Positions 1 to 13,675 are shown, counted from the stretch's first letter. The stretch is 64,000 bases of DNA from Octopus vulgaris (GCA_951406725.2 OX597815.1:197966001-198030000); one strand, 5' to 3'. Made by a program: numbers and translations. The notes: generated by a model from the sequence alone, not told the origin.

Positions 1-17
1 CAAAAAGGATGTCAACC

Positions 18-110
18 AATGCACTGGGGTAAATATAATCGACTGAATCCGTTTGTCTGTCCTTGTTTTTCCTCTCTGTGTTTAGCCCCTCGTGGGTAGT
101 AAAGAAATAG
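18..110 (+). mobile_element. 3' part of SINE family B
   Basis: GCACTGGGGT...AATCGACTGAATCCGTTTGTCTGTCCTTG...GTGGGTAGTAAAGAAAT matches the 3' half of the full copy at 54572-54802. Confidence 0.8.
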
Positions 111-310
111 GTATCATAGTAGTCGTTGTTGTGAGTTTCTCTGTCATTGTGTGTTGCTAACACGGCAGTCATTTCTTTTCTTATGTGTTGTCACAGCACT
201 CTGTCTGCTGGTTAATCTGCTACTCGCTGCTACCTACTGTTTTTGTAACCGGTCGACTACATTCCATCTGTCGTCTGACAGTAGGGATTACAATGCGCTA
301 AAAGTAGCGA

Positions 311-706
311 TCTTTACTCTTTTACATGTTTCAGTCATTTGACTGCGACCATGCTGGAGCACCGCCTTTAGTCGCGCAATTCGACCCCGAGACTTATTCT
401 TTGTAAGCCCAGTACTTATTATATCGGTCTCTTTTGCCGAACCGCTAGGTGACGGGGACGTAAACACACCAGCATCGGTTATCAAGCAATGCTAGGGGAC
501 AAACACAGACACGCAAACACATACACATACATACACATACATATATATACATATATACAACAGGCTTCTTTCAGTTTCCGTCTACCAAATCCACTCACAA
601 GGCATTGGTCGGCCCGGGGCTATAGCAGGAGACATTTGCCCAAGATGCCACGCAGTAGGACTGAACCCAGAACCATGTGGTTGGTTAGCAAGCTACTTAC
701 CACACA
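311..706 (-). mobile_element. tRNA-derived SINE family A
   Basis: Reverse complement matches 55843-56250: B-box-like GGGTTCAGTCC, CTTGGGCAA core, internal (TA/TG)n, tail GGCGGTGCTCCAGCATGG...GACTGAAAC-(GTAAAAGA)n. Confidence 0.9.
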
Positions 707-1130
707 AAGCGCAAAAATAGCGTACTGTGTTTAGATCTGGTACCTCGTATGTGCGTGTGTGAGAGTGTATGTGTTTAATGCATATTACTGTAAATAAATT
801 TTTGCGAGTTCTTGAACGAAACGCAGCGTCCTGTACGTAACACCTAAATACAAATCAAAATATTTTCCGAATTTAGGTATGTAGAGCAAAGATTACTTTG
901 TGGAATCACATTATGGTATATCATATAAAGTGTACAAGTATGAAAACGGACTCATGTGCATATTATAAGAGAACAAATGTCTTTGTAATGTCGGACAATG
1001 TATAATGATTTATTGGTAATGTACTAGAAAAAAAAAGACAGTTCGATGTAGAGCATATTTTATTAGAAGGAAAATGTAATTAATATACATTATTAACATT
1101 CGATAGACATTTGTCCTTATCTTGTTTGTT

Positions 1131-1177
1131 GTTAACAACGTTTCGGCTGATATACCCTCCTGTCTTCTTCAGGTGTC
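1131..1177 (-). ncRNA. Degenerate inverted copy of the same hammerhead
   Basis: GACAC-CTGAAGA-A-GACAG...CAGCC-GAAACGTT-GTT; two stem II substitutions and a 2-nt deletion in the 3' strand of stem I. Confidence 0.55.
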
Positions 1178-1283
1178 TTGGGGAAATCTCGAACCTGGGT
1201 TCTCATTTCTAAGGTATTTTTCGATGAGATTATTAATATGGTTATTATTATTATTATTATTATTATTGCTGTTGTTGTTGTTC

Positions 1284-1357
1284 AGGTCACTACTTGGAAT
1301 CGAACTCGGAATCTTGGGGTTAGTAGCCCGCCCTCTTAACCACTACGCCAAATGCCC
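1284..1357 (-). tRNA. tRNA-like head (anticodon ACT), probably SINE-type or pseudo-tRNA
   Basis: Minus strand GGGCATT-TGGCGTAGTGG (A box)...GCGGG-CTACTAA-CCCCA...GAGTTCGATTC (B box)...AGTGACC; acceptor stem pairs 6/7, anticodon and T stems are imperfect. Confidence 0.6.
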
Positions 1358-1360
1358 CAA

Positions 1361-1406
1361 GACACCTGAAGAAGGCTGGAGGGTATATCAGCCGAAACGT
1401 TGTGTT
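1361..1406 (+). ncRNA. Minimal type I hammerhead ribozyme motif
   Basis: GACAC-CTGAAGA-A-GGCTG-(GAGGGTATAT)-CAGCC-GAAAC-GTT^GTGTT: stem I GACAC/GTGTT, 5-bp stem II, palindromic ACGT stem III. Confidence 0.8.
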
Positions 1407-4400
1407 AACAACAAACAAGATGATAACAAATATCCGTCGAATGTAAATAATGTACATAATTCTTCATCTCTTAAATATAGAACTGTAATTGATATATTTG
1501 AATATTTCGAGAGCTGAGCATAGATATTTCTTGATCATTAGGTAAGCTTTGATTAATTATACCAAATGCTCTACAAATATCTGAATAAAACGTCTGAGTA
1601 ATTTTTCTCTGTTGTTTACTTGTTTTTGGATGTAATATGAAAATTAACACGAACGTAAGTATGTAGTTTAAAATCTAAGAAAATTGTGATGCAAATATTC
1701 TTTAATGTCCATACAATAATATTTTTCCGTCGGATCCCAATAATTTTCGATAGGTGTTTTGATGCACAATCTGAATTTACGCAATATATTTTTTCATGAT
1801 ATCTTACTTGATGTGGCAATCTATAATCTTTCTGTTATGAACAACACGAACACACGGTAAGAAAGAATATAGAGACAGTAAAAAAAAATCATTTCGCAAA
1901 GGAAAAATATCTGCTAAATATATTGGGTACACAGCTACACAGCTAGGGAAATACAGTTATATTTATATCCACATTCAAACATGCTATGAATACACCTAAC
2001 ATAATGGACGATGCGTAAAGGCCAGTTCAGAGGAGTTGAACCGTGTTGGTATTCAAATAAAATTTTGAGTCATTTGTAAACATATAAGGATCTCTTTTAT
2101 CTTCTTTAATGCCTTTCATATTCTATTTCTCTGTACATCGTCTTTATGAAGCAGGCATCTTAACTTCCTCATATATGTTGCTTTGCCTAATACACAAATA
2201 TATATCCAAAATAGCTGACCGACTTTTTATCCATCTATTTATTTCTTGCAGTTATGCAAACTCTTAAGTCAGCATCGCAAATCTGATTGTCATCCTCTTG
2301 CTTAATTTCTTTCTTTTACGAAGACAGGTCGTGACACCTGTCAGTCTGCAACGAGATCTGGTCACGGAAGAGTGAAATAGAGATGTATTTAAGGATAAAG
2401 AAAATAGCTTAAACACGTCCAGTGTTATGCATTGACGGTAAATTTCAACTTCCTATTTTGATTTATGCACGTTAGGTCGGCTGACATCGGATATATCTGC
2501 TTATGTGTCAAAAAGAAAAACAGATTAGTTTGAGAAAGGAGATTTAAGCCTGAAATATTCGCTGTCAGATATACAGCTTAAAATGTGTCCATCCAGAACA
2601 TTTAGATAGCCAGAACATTTAGATGATATTGCAGGTAAAACCAATAAGTGAATGGAATTAAATTAAAATAAGGAAAATAACGAAACAAATATACAAAACG
2701 CAGATGTTTAGCGAATTTTTTTAGCAGTATATATTCTTATATTTTTGTATTAATTAAAGTTATGTGTAAAGTGTCTTTATTTCTTCTTATCGATTTTCAT
2801 ACTTATCACTTCGAACTAAGCCCAGAAGAATAATTTTCCCCGTGTCTTTTGCTTTATACCAATGCATTGCTTTGTATTCTTTAATCAAATGAAATGCATA
2901 ACATTAAAAAATGACAAAGTTGTCTATAATATATTTGTATTCGTTAACAGATTTTAATTTTCAGCCGCAGTTTCAGTTATTAAAATTCACCTCTGTAGCA
3001 CCGCATGTTTCTAGTACGTCTAAAATTCTAATGGGATACCATAATGTAATTTTATATAAACATGTAGATATGAATATAAATTTCATGTCATTTTCGAGTT
3101 CTCTTAATTATTACTATTAAATTGATACGGGTTATTTTGTTTGGAATTTAATTTGTTTGTTTGCATTCTAAATGTTGGAGTTTACGGTGTAATACACAGT
3201 GTCACGCTTATATGTAATATAATTCATGCACTTCATAAAATTAAACAGTACAATTTACTTGTTCTCTATGCATAAATAGAATATAGAGTAAATAAGTAAC
3301 TTACGAAGTCACATCATGATAAAAACGGCGTTGAAATTTATGCATACGGGGAAAAAAGTGGAATATTCGATCTGGAATGTTTTTAGTAGTTTTGTAAGAG
3401 TAAATATATCATAGCTTCCAGAACATAACTTTATAAAATCTGACTTGGTTACTTTGATATAGAATCTGCATCTGAGATACGCTTGATATGTTCTTGACTT
3501 AATATAGAAATAAACAGCACATGCAATTGAAAAATATTGAATTTCAGTTATTTGTGGAAAAATATTAAGTTTTATGTAACGTAAAATTCTATATTGATGA
3601 TAATACGTAAAACATAACTTCGACATATATTTGAAATAGACATGATTCTATGGTATCATATAAATATGTTATAATCTGAAATACCTCTTGATGGCAGTAC
3701 ACGGATTCGAAATTTAAGACTATATATATATGGTTGCCCTTTGTAAAATATTTTCTGCTGAAATTAAAATATATTAGAAGTTCATGTGAACGTATTTAAA
3801 CAAAGATGTGTGACAGTGTATCTCCACTCCTGTGTTATCTGCGAAGAGTTAAACGCCTTTATACAAGTGATATAAAATGATCGGTGTGAAGCACAAAAGA
3901 CAATTTTACATGTAATTTAAGACATATCTGAGCACATTCTATCAAAACCTATAACTGATATTTTGATAATATTCTTAAATGTACAACATTCTTCAGTTTC
4001 ACATTAATTACAGATAGCAATAGCTAAATGTCTGTTTCTGAGTGTGTCCAAATACATACGATAGTTGCCTACTTATACATAAAAGCAAAAATATCGCATT
4101 GTGGTTCACAATTTAATTATGTTCAAAATATGGTAAATCAAGAGAGGTGTATAATTGTATAATTGGGATATATAATTGGACATTTTAGATAATTATATTA
4201 AATTCAAGTAGATTTCGAAGCTGTGTTTAGGCAAATCATCAGGAATATTATATGTTATTTTAATCGGAGCACAATTAATATTTTCAATACGTGGAGTCAG
4301 AGAGAATGAGAGGGAAAAAAATCACTACTCTTAAAATAAACTTATCTTACTTGTTAACATCTCAACTACTCCGACTTTTCCCACTCAAAATCTCTTCAGT

Positions 4401-5222
4401 TTTGAAAACGATACGAATTTCGGAAACCTCCAAAGAAGAAGCCTCATACCGCACAACTTAAGCCAAAGAGGTACTTTTAAATGTGTTTCCCGACGATGCC
4501 ACTCCTGCTCCAACGTTAGTAGTCTTACACCCGTTTCTCTTTCTACGTCTCTCACAATTTGTTCTCTCTCCTACAAATGTTTGCTAACATATGAAACTTA
4601 TTTAGTCCTGTGATCCTTATCAGTCACAGTCACTTGTCTTCAACTCACGTAATATATAATTGTATTGTTTCTAATTATTTTCTTTCCTGAACAATTCTAG
4701 TCATTTTCTCTCTCGAGAACTTTTCTGTGAAGAAAGATTAAGAACGAAACAATGCAATGCCACCGTATTATCTTGCAATACATTTTACTTGACAATACAT
4801 GAACTGCAGCGACAGAACAACACCAGTGCCAGTATATCTTTAGAGGCTGTTTGATCACATACACACACATACACTTACACACATAAAATCTATTGAGAGA
4901 TTGGTAAACATTTACTCACACACATATACACACACAGACATACAGACGCACACACACACATACAGACACACACATATATAAACAATAAATTAAATAGAGA
5001 GATTCAATTGACAATCTAATAATTTATTTATAATGTAACATTATATATTATGAATATAATATGATATAATATAACATAAAAACTTATTCAAAAGCCAAAA
5101 ACGACAACAATTAGTTTCGACTTATATACATTATTTGATTTATAAACAATTCATATCCATTTATATAAGTGGCTTCAGAGTTTTGGCTTAAAAGACAGAC
5201 GAAATTCCGTGTGAAAGGACAG

Positions 5223-5289
<67 letters not shown>

Positions 5290-5629
5290 GTAGTAAGACA
5301 CGGAATGTTACCTAATATAATTTTCTATTTTGAAGAGGGCCAGACGCGTGCTATAAATATTTTCTTTCAAATTCTAAATGATACTTTTTTCACAATATTT
5401 ACAAAGTTTATAACTGTTCAACCGTTAACATTTCTTATTCAACTATCCAATTTGGGATCTGTTATAGGAATATCACAATTTATTAAACAAATAGAACATT
5501 AATTCTTATCAACAAAATTTCTATTATTAAAATTTCTCACGCCGCCTACTGATTTTGTTATAACATTCTTTGGAATTGTAGCCATAGAATTACTAGGAAG
5601 TGCCATGGAGAATTTTGTGTCAGCTGCTG

Positions 5630-5905
5630 ATTGTGGCGCAACATCTGCAGTGGCCGGATAGGACCACACAGTAATGGCACTATTGCATGCAATGAATACA
5701 TTTCAAGATGCTCTGCCCTGGCAGTACTGTATTTTCCTTTATTCGAGGACGATTTTCTACTGCGACTAATTTCTGTTTCTCTTCCCTTTGCGTAATACTC
5801 GTCTCCAGCTTGGGGGTCATCTTTCGCAACATCCTTCTATCTCAGAATTTGCAGACCTATTGATTTCATATCTCTCTTGTAGACGTCCTTAAAACGATGA
5901 TGTTT
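5630..5905 (-). mobile_element. Decayed RTE-type LINE ORF C-terminus
   Basis: Minus strand encodes HRFKDVYKRDMKS and, after frameshifts, VAKD/SWRRVLRKG plus a Cys remnant; resembles the RTE (R)YKDxxKRD...WExxAxDRxxWR motif. Confidence 0.6.
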
Positions 5906-7303
5906 TCAAAATCAACGTGGTCATCATTGCCTTTCGTTTTGTCAAGGTAAATAAAATAAGAACCAGGTGAAGAAATCGAGAGTCCCCTTCCCGAAAATTC
6001 CAGGCGTTGTGCCAATATTAGAAAGGATATTAACAGAAACTATTGAAAGCGTCCTCTATAAATATTAAATAGGGAAGTATCAGTAAGGTAATTACAACAA
6101 TTTGAAATCTATGGAGCAATTAGTAAATTATTTTATTACATTCTCAGACGTTTATTATGAGGTTTACCAGATGCCCTCGCGTGCACACACACATACACAC
6201 ACACAAATACATCTGGCGGAGATACCAAATCTTTGGTAATATAAATCAGCCTAGCTGGAGGATATGGTTTTAATGTACGTGTAATGATGCATGACTTTGA
6301 GTCTCTAACATTTACCACGCAAAAAGCAATTAGTATTTTATAATAATAGTGTCCAATACTTAATACTTTATCATCCATTTTGTTACATTTACTCACTCCT
6401 AGACAACATCTAAGATTATTAATCTATTTTATAACTGTTGTTCCATGACACATGATTATACGTCGAGGCTTTACTATATCTAGTTCCATATGAACATCAC
6501 ACAGCTGGTATGTTATTTCTAGGTAGATCAGCTTTCATTTTAACAAAATTATGTTTCTCACTCTAAAAGATTATATACAAATAATGTAATGTAAAACACA
6601 ACATCCAAATGATAAACAATATACTCGGTCATTGTATATTAAAGAAATTTACATATAAAAGAGTAAGTTATATGCGTACCTGTACATGGCTAGAGTATAT
6701 TGGATTTTATTCAGATAAACTGGCGTTCATTTTGGTGCCTGTATTTAAATTATTTAGAAGTCTCTAGAGAACAATAAGAAATTAGAATGTATGAAATCAT
6801 TTAATGGTGAATATAAATTTCCCACTTAACACCAATGAAATTGCCTTTAATTCAGCATTTATGTACTTGTTTAGACGAAATCTTATCACTGAATGGTAAT
6901 GATCATAAAAAGAAGGCTAATTACATATAAATCTGTGGCAATTAATAAAAAGCTAGACTAATCTATCACCGCATAAATTCAATGCAGTTACTGATTAGTT
7001 GAATTGTTCGACATGTACAACAGTCTAGCAATAATTGGCGTTTCTCTCAGGCAGCATATAAACTTAATAATCTTGAAGTATCTGTCGATTCTAATCCTCC
7101 AATTATAAATCACGCTTTCGTAATGAAAACAATATAAATCATACGTTAATTAGGATTTCTTTGGATTTAAAGAAAAATTAAACAATAATCTTTGAAGTTT
7201 ATCAGGTTTAATAACGTTAATATTCTAGACAAGATATCATCATCATAACAACGTGGCCCACCATCAGAAATAAGGTATACATATGCATACGCCCAATCCC
7301 CCC

Positions 7304-7565
<262 letters not shown>

Positions 7566-9953
7566 ATAAATATTACCTGCGTATGCGCTTTATATAACAA
7601 TCAGTCACATGATGTATTAGCACATGTAAAAATTGGCACATATGACGCACTTAATATCTCCCATAGAGAAAGCAGTATTTCATTATTTGCACACACAACG
7701 CCCTTTAATGTCTCCCATAGAGGAAGAAGTATTTTATTATTAGTTTGAACTGAAAAAGTGATAAATCACTACGTGCTTGTGTTTTTCTCAAACATGCCAG
7801 AACGAAAATTATAAAAACAATTTACCTGAGAAGATAAGCTGAAGTAGCCGTACATCGTGAAATTTCAAATAAATCAAATTCGCCAAACACTGTGGTACGT
7901 ATGAGGGAGCATACAGAAGTATGCTCTCTCATGCACTTTTATTCCAAGTAATCAGAAGCCAAATCAAACACATAAAAATACACGTATATATTCATTTTTC
8001 TATTCAGTAATTGGTAATAGATTTTTAGTACACATATACAGTGCATATGACCCTCAATCCATATAGGAGTAAACAATGAAATTGTAAATCCTTTTAAACC
8101 TATTTCCAAATATTAACAAACATTTACACAAACAATAATTAGGTTCGAATCTTCTATTCACCAGTAATTAGACGCGTACACGAATCTCACGCGTTTATGT
8201 CTGTTACACAGAAACGAGAAAGCAAATACTTAATACTGTTTTTGCACGTTGACACAAAATTGCATTTGTTTCTCTTTCCTTGCTGTAGAGAAAAACATTT
8301 CTTTGGTTTTTCAGCTAACCCAAAATTTAACGTATTCTTTAATTGACCACTTCTATTGCAGAACACGCGATGTCGGAAGATTCAAATCTGTGTCTTTGTG
8401 TTCGTCAAAGTAATGTTTTATTAGTGGCAGTACTTGAAAGGGTTGATATACAAGCACACTCTCAATTTAAATACAATCTCCAGTATGAAAGAACAGTAAA
8501 ATGTCTAAGCTAAAGTGAATCACGAGGCTGATTGTCATCCTTCAGGATTTCCCACTACTCGCCATATTGCTACGACGGTTTAAGATAATCTTCCATTTGT
8601 TTTCTAATACATGTTTGCAAAATGTGATGAACAAAACACGAATATTTTTTCGCAGAAAATATATTGAATTGCAGCTGTTTCATCGTTTCTTTTAAATATG
8701 TTATAAGGTTTGTGTTCTTACAGGGAAAGTTCAAAAATGATTCCGCTCCGTAATATATAACGTTCTTCTTGATTGACAATGCCATATTTTTCTTTTATAA
8801 GACGCTAAATTTTGTTGTTAATAGCGCTTGTGATATATGCCATTATGTTTTATATTAGATAAAGGCAAATGCTTTGTGTACAAAAGAATTGATTTATTTT
8901 AAGGTTTATTGTTTATATGTGCTATAGTTATTTGTTTCATAGCAAATGGTAAATGACATGAATCTAAAATAGATATATTGAGGTTTTGAGAAATGAAAGT
9001 ATTAAAAATCGTGTCCTCAGATTGAAAGACCCCTCAAAAGATGAAGAACAAATATAAAGGAAAATTAAATCCGCGTGCACATGGCAACAGAGAGACCGAT
9101 GTATTGATATTTGTGACATCGACTGGTCTAAAACCGGGCGCAATAAACATTAAATATATGGAACAATAGGAGCTATGCACTGAAAATAAATGCCGTATAA
9201 TAACTAAACTAGCCGATACTTCAAACAAAAGAACGGAAATAACATCAAATTGACATTATAAAAACAATTTCTACTTTGCAAACTACAAAGGCAGAATAGA
9301 AGCCGATTGATCTGCAGTGTTTAAACAAATTGAAACAACTAGAAGCTACTTCATTCACTCTTTCCAGTCTGTGGACAAAATAATGCAGTGCAATTTTACA
9401 GAATATTTTCAATGATTCAGCCATATTGTATGGGCTAATTTCGAGTAGAAATGTAAGTTTCTGAACATTTTACTTGTACCAATACTAAAGAGATTTATAT
9501 AACTTCAAGTATTCGACAATTATCGGTATGGTTTGACTATTGCATCACCAACAATGTCATTATCTCATCTATGTGCCCTTAACACCTGGCATTCTGCGTT
9601 TTTACACACGAAAAATTCCTTCCATGGTTTTTCTAGTTATTTCAGTGTAACATACGAATCGTTCCTTAATTTGTCTTGAATATCATTTCATTGTTTGAAA
9701 GTTAATTCCAAGTGAAAACTACAGTAAAATTTACAAATACCTAGATTTCCCTGTCAAGAAATTGTGCCACTCACACAACGCAAATGGCTCAAGAATGCAG
9801 ATTTCAGTCATAACGAATTCGATATCAAATGAATAACTACTGCCTCACATACTTGTCACTTTCAAGCCGTTCGACCAGGAAAGACAATATATGATACAAT
9901 GATACATTGAGTGAAAAAATTTCCACAGCAATACAACAAGACTTCTACTGATA

Positions 9954-10338
9954 TCTCTCTCTATATAAACGGCAGTTTGTCTGTGCGTGTTTCTGTGTGT
10001 CTGTTTGCTTGTACCCTCACCCTGACCACGGCTTTCAACCGATTCTGATGAAACTTGACACACACATAGCCCAATGTCATAATTCAAAACTAACGCAGCG
10101 AAAATTTTGAAAAGTTCCCCCAGTTCTGAAAAAAATCGATAAATTCGACATGGGGTCGAGAATCAGAAACACAAACAACAAACTGTCTAGGGGACGCAAC
10201 TCCACCTTTTTTTAACTCTCATAAAAAATTTACCATCATTTTTTTCCATTTTTTTGCTATTTTTTGGCTATAACTCTCTAAAAATGCTTTATAGTTATTT
10301 CCCTTACAAACCTGAGCAACGCCGGGCGATACTGCTAG
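9954..10338 (+). mobile_element. Non-autonomous Helitron
   Basis: 5' TC(TCTCTCTATATAAA), 3' GC-rich hairpin CCTGAGCAACGCCGGG followed by CTAG, inserted between A and T; 3' end shared with 17348-17742. Confidence 0.85.
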
Positions 10339-11556
10339 TATTACTATAATTTTGTATCGGAGAGAACAATGTCTCATTTAAAAATCACTCCAATCGAAGC
10401 TTTTAATAATATTCCATGTTCATTTTAGTTACTTCTATTCATGACTGGGAAAAATTGAATATCTGCGCAAGCAAACAGATACGAAAAATCATGCACACGC
10501 ACGCACAAACACATACACACACACACACACATAAATATTAAAGCTTCCTTTCTGTAACATAAGTATAAGCATTGAATATTAAATTGACGGAGCATGCAGT
10601 GCTTTTTATTAAAATATATATTTATTAATATTCACAGCGGAAACGTTTACATTAACTTCGAAGTTAAATTTTGCTTGCTATCATTAGACAGTGAAATGAC
10701 ATCGAGCATGCCGAAAGATACTGCCAAACGTTTTCTTTCTATCTCTCTCGCTCCTTCTCTGTCTTGCTTTATCTGTCGCTCTCTCTCTCTCTCTCTCTCC
10801 GTATAACCGCAATGTGGTGTAAGATCTGTGTTAGTCAGTCCCTGCCACAGCGAAAGCCAAGCTGATTTACATTTAGGAGTTTGTGGATTTCCAGGATGCC
10901 TGCTATCCTTGATCTTACCACTCTTTCAAACACTTTCATGGTGTGGGAGGTGAGTGAAATTGGGCGATGGTTGACAGAGAGGGATCTGTTTCCCTGTTTA
11001 AAAACCAGGATGATAGAATGGGATATGAGCTGAGTGAAAAAGAATTACTCAGGGACTGCAAGTTGGTGTCTCCACTCCATCAAAAGACTAGCGGGAATAT
11101 ATCAGGACCTACAACAGAATAGTATCTGTCTCATTTATATACGCTATGATGTCCGAAGCAGTGAAGGTTATGTTCGAGATTTTATCTTGGGAATCAACTT
11201 CGCTGGCTTCCCTTACGTCAATATCAGTAGGATCACTATAATATATATATATATATATATATGTATATAATTTCAACAATTGAGGGTAAAATTAATTAAT
11301 TATTAATCAATTTCACCAAGTATTCAGTATGTAAAGGGATCATTTAAGGCGAATTCAAATTATTACATTATATAAAAGGGCTTAGTAAAATAAATTACTT
11401 TGCCACATACTGAAATCATTAGAAATAGTAGCTAAAAAAACTTTTTTAGAATTATTTCTAATACTTAAAGAAAATCTCTCTCAAATAGTGTTTGCTCAAT
11501 TCAACTCACGAAAGTATGGGGGTAAAGACATTAAAAAATCAAATGCAAAGGTTATT

Positions 11557-11608
11557 TGAGAACGTACGTTTCAAGATTAGTCAACTCGACATTTCTATCA
11601 TCAGCTCA
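11557..11608 (-). ncRNA. Type I hammerhead ribozyme motif
   Basis: TGAG-CTGATGA-TAGAAATGTCGAGTTGACTAATCTT-GAAAC-GTAC-GTT^CTCA. Confidence 0.7.
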
Positions 11609-12091
11609 GAACTCCTTGGTTTGGATTTGAAAACACTGAAAGTGGGAGCATACCCTTTCGGCTTCTTATCGCTTCTGAAGATCTGCTCGAAACTAACAGT
11701 GCCAGCAAACCCAAAAAAATGCAAGCGAAGAATTTCTGCTCTCCCCTTTCCACCAGCGTGGGTTAAAATCAGTAATCACTATGCTTTTTCGGTAAAATCC
11801 GAAGCATTTAAATAGAGAGAGATGAATTATAATTTCAACAATTGAGGGTAAAATTAATTAATTATTAATCAATTTCACCAAGTATTCAGTATGTAAAGGG
11901 ATCATTTAAGGCGAATTCAAATTATTACATTATATAAAAGGGCTTAGTAAAATAAATTACTTTGCCACATACTGAAATCATTAGAAATAGTAGCTAAAAA
12001 AACTTTTTTAGAACTATTTCTAATACTTAAAGAAAATCTCTCTCAAATAGTGTTTGCTCAATTCAACTCACGAAAGTATGGGGGTAAAGAC

Positions 12092-12139
12092 CTGATGATA
12101 GAAATGTCGAGTTGACTAATCTTGAAACGTACGTTCTCA
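12092..12139 (+). ncRNA. Hammerhead motif truncated at the inversion junction (lacks the 5' strand of stem I)
   Basis: The inverted segment starts exactly at CTGATGA. Confidence 0.55.
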
Positions 12140-12650
12140 AATAACCTTTGCATTTGATTTTTTAATGTCTTTACCCCCATACTTTCGTGAGTTGAATTGA
12201 GCAAACACTATTTGAGAGAGATTTTCTTTAAGTATTAGAAATAGTTCTAAAAAAGTTTTTTTAGCTACTATTTCTAATGATTTCAGTATGTGGCAAAGTA
12301 ATTTATTTTACTAAGCCCTTTTATAAAATGTAATAATTTGAATTCGCCTTAAATGGTCCCTTTACATACTGAATACTTGGTGAAATTGATTAATAATTAA
12401 TTAATTTTACCCTCAATTGTTGAAATTATAATTCATCTCTCTCTATTTAAATGCTTCGGATTTTACCGAAAAAGCATAGTGATTACTGATTTTAACCCAC
12501 GCTGGTGGAAAGGGGAGAGCAGAAATTCTTCGCTTGCATTTTTTTTGGGTTTGCTGGCACTGTTAGTTTCGAGCAGATCTTCAGAAGCGATAAGAAGCCG
12601 AAAGGGTATGCTCCCACTTTCAGTGTTTTCAAATCCAAACCAAGGAGTTC

Positions 12651-12702
12651 TGAGCTGATGATAGAAATGTCGAGTTGACTAATCTTGAAACGTACGTTCT
12701 CA
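12651..12702 (+). ncRNA. Type I hammerhead ribozyme motif
   Basis: Identical to 11557-11608: canonical CTGATGA/GAAA core, stem I TGAG/CTCA, palindromic AACGTACGTT stem III. Confidence 0.7.
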
Positions 12703-12888
12703 AATAACCTTTGCATTTGATTTTTTAATGTCTTTACCCCCATACTTTCATGAGTTGAATTGAGCAAACACTATTTGAGAGAGATTTTCTTTAAGTATTA
12801 GAAATAGTTCTAAAAAAGTTTTTTTAGCTACTATTTCTAATGATTTCAGTATGTGGCAAAGTAATTTATTTTACTAAGCCCTTTTATA

Positions 12889-12893
12889 TAATA

Positions 12894-12946
<53 letters not shown>

Positions 12947-13042
12947 AATATATATAATATATACTTATATATATATGTATATATGTATATATATATATAC
13001 TTATATATATAGATATATATATGTATATTATATGTATATATA

Positions 13043-13111
<69 letters not shown>

Positions 13112-13175
13112 TTATAATATATATCATATATTTATATATATATATATGTATACATACATATATATATATATATAT

Positions 13176-13255
<80 letters not shown>
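12889..13255. repeat. Degenerate (TA)n tract
   Basis: Direct reading. Confidence 0.95.
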
Positions 13256-13262
<7 letters not shown>

Positions 13263-13271
13263 TACCAACAA

Positions 13272-13510
13272 ATGGTTCCGCGTTCAGTCACACTGCGTTG
13301 CACCTTGGGCAACTGTCTTCTACTATAGCCTCGGGACAACCAATGCTGGTGTGTTTACGTCCCCGTAATCTTAGCGGTTCTGCAAAAGAGACTGATACAA
13401 TAAGTACTAGGCTTACAAAGAATAAATCCTGGTGTGGATTTGCTTGACTAAAGGAGGCGCTCCAGCATGACCGCAGTCAAATGATTAAAACAAGTAAAAG
13501 AGTAAAAGAA
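13272..13510 (+). mobile_element. SINE family A, 5'-truncated with an internal deletion
   Basis: CCTTGGGCAAC...CTATAGCCTCGGG fused to GCTGGTGTGTTTACGTCCCCG...GTAAAAGAGTAAAAG tail. Confidence 0.85.
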
Positions 13511-13518
13511 TATTTGTA

Positions 13519-13552
<34 letters not shown>

Positions 13553-13637
13553 CGTATATATACGTGTGTGTTTTTTTTTTTTTATATATATATATATATA
13601 TATATATTACTATATATGTGTGTGTTATATATATATA

Positions 13638-13675
<38 letters not shown>

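Larger units (their letters stand above)
1086..1487 (-). mobile_element. tRNA-headed non-autonomous element with inverted hammerhead-bearing repeats (Penelope-like architecture)
   Basis: Inverted arms 1086-1183 and 1355-1455, both containing CTGAAGA...CAGCCGAAACGTT, enclose a tRNA-like sequence and an (AAT/AAC)n linker. Confidence 0.75.
11269..12888. repeat. Tandem plus inverted array of a 562-bp hammerhead-bearing monomer (retrozyme/Penelope-like)
   Basis: AATTTCAACAATTGAGGG at 11269 and 11831 (period 562); orientation flips at 12091/12092; copies nearly identical; (TA)n on both sides. Confidence 0.9.

Noticed and set aside
1284-1357. Functional tRNA-Ser(ACT) gene
   Set aside because: Anticodon and T stems are mispaired, there is no long variable arm, and it is embedded in a repeat; treated as an element head
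1122-1517. 131-aa ORF with a Leu-rich 'transmembrane' stretch
   Set aside because: The Leu run is a (TTA)n microsatellite inside the tRNA/HHR element
11492-12767. Duplicated 107-aa and 91-aa ORFs (MLNSTHESMG...)
   Set aside because: They lie antisense to the ribozyme within the 562-bp repeat, start at TTG, are frameshifted between copies and show no recognisable motif
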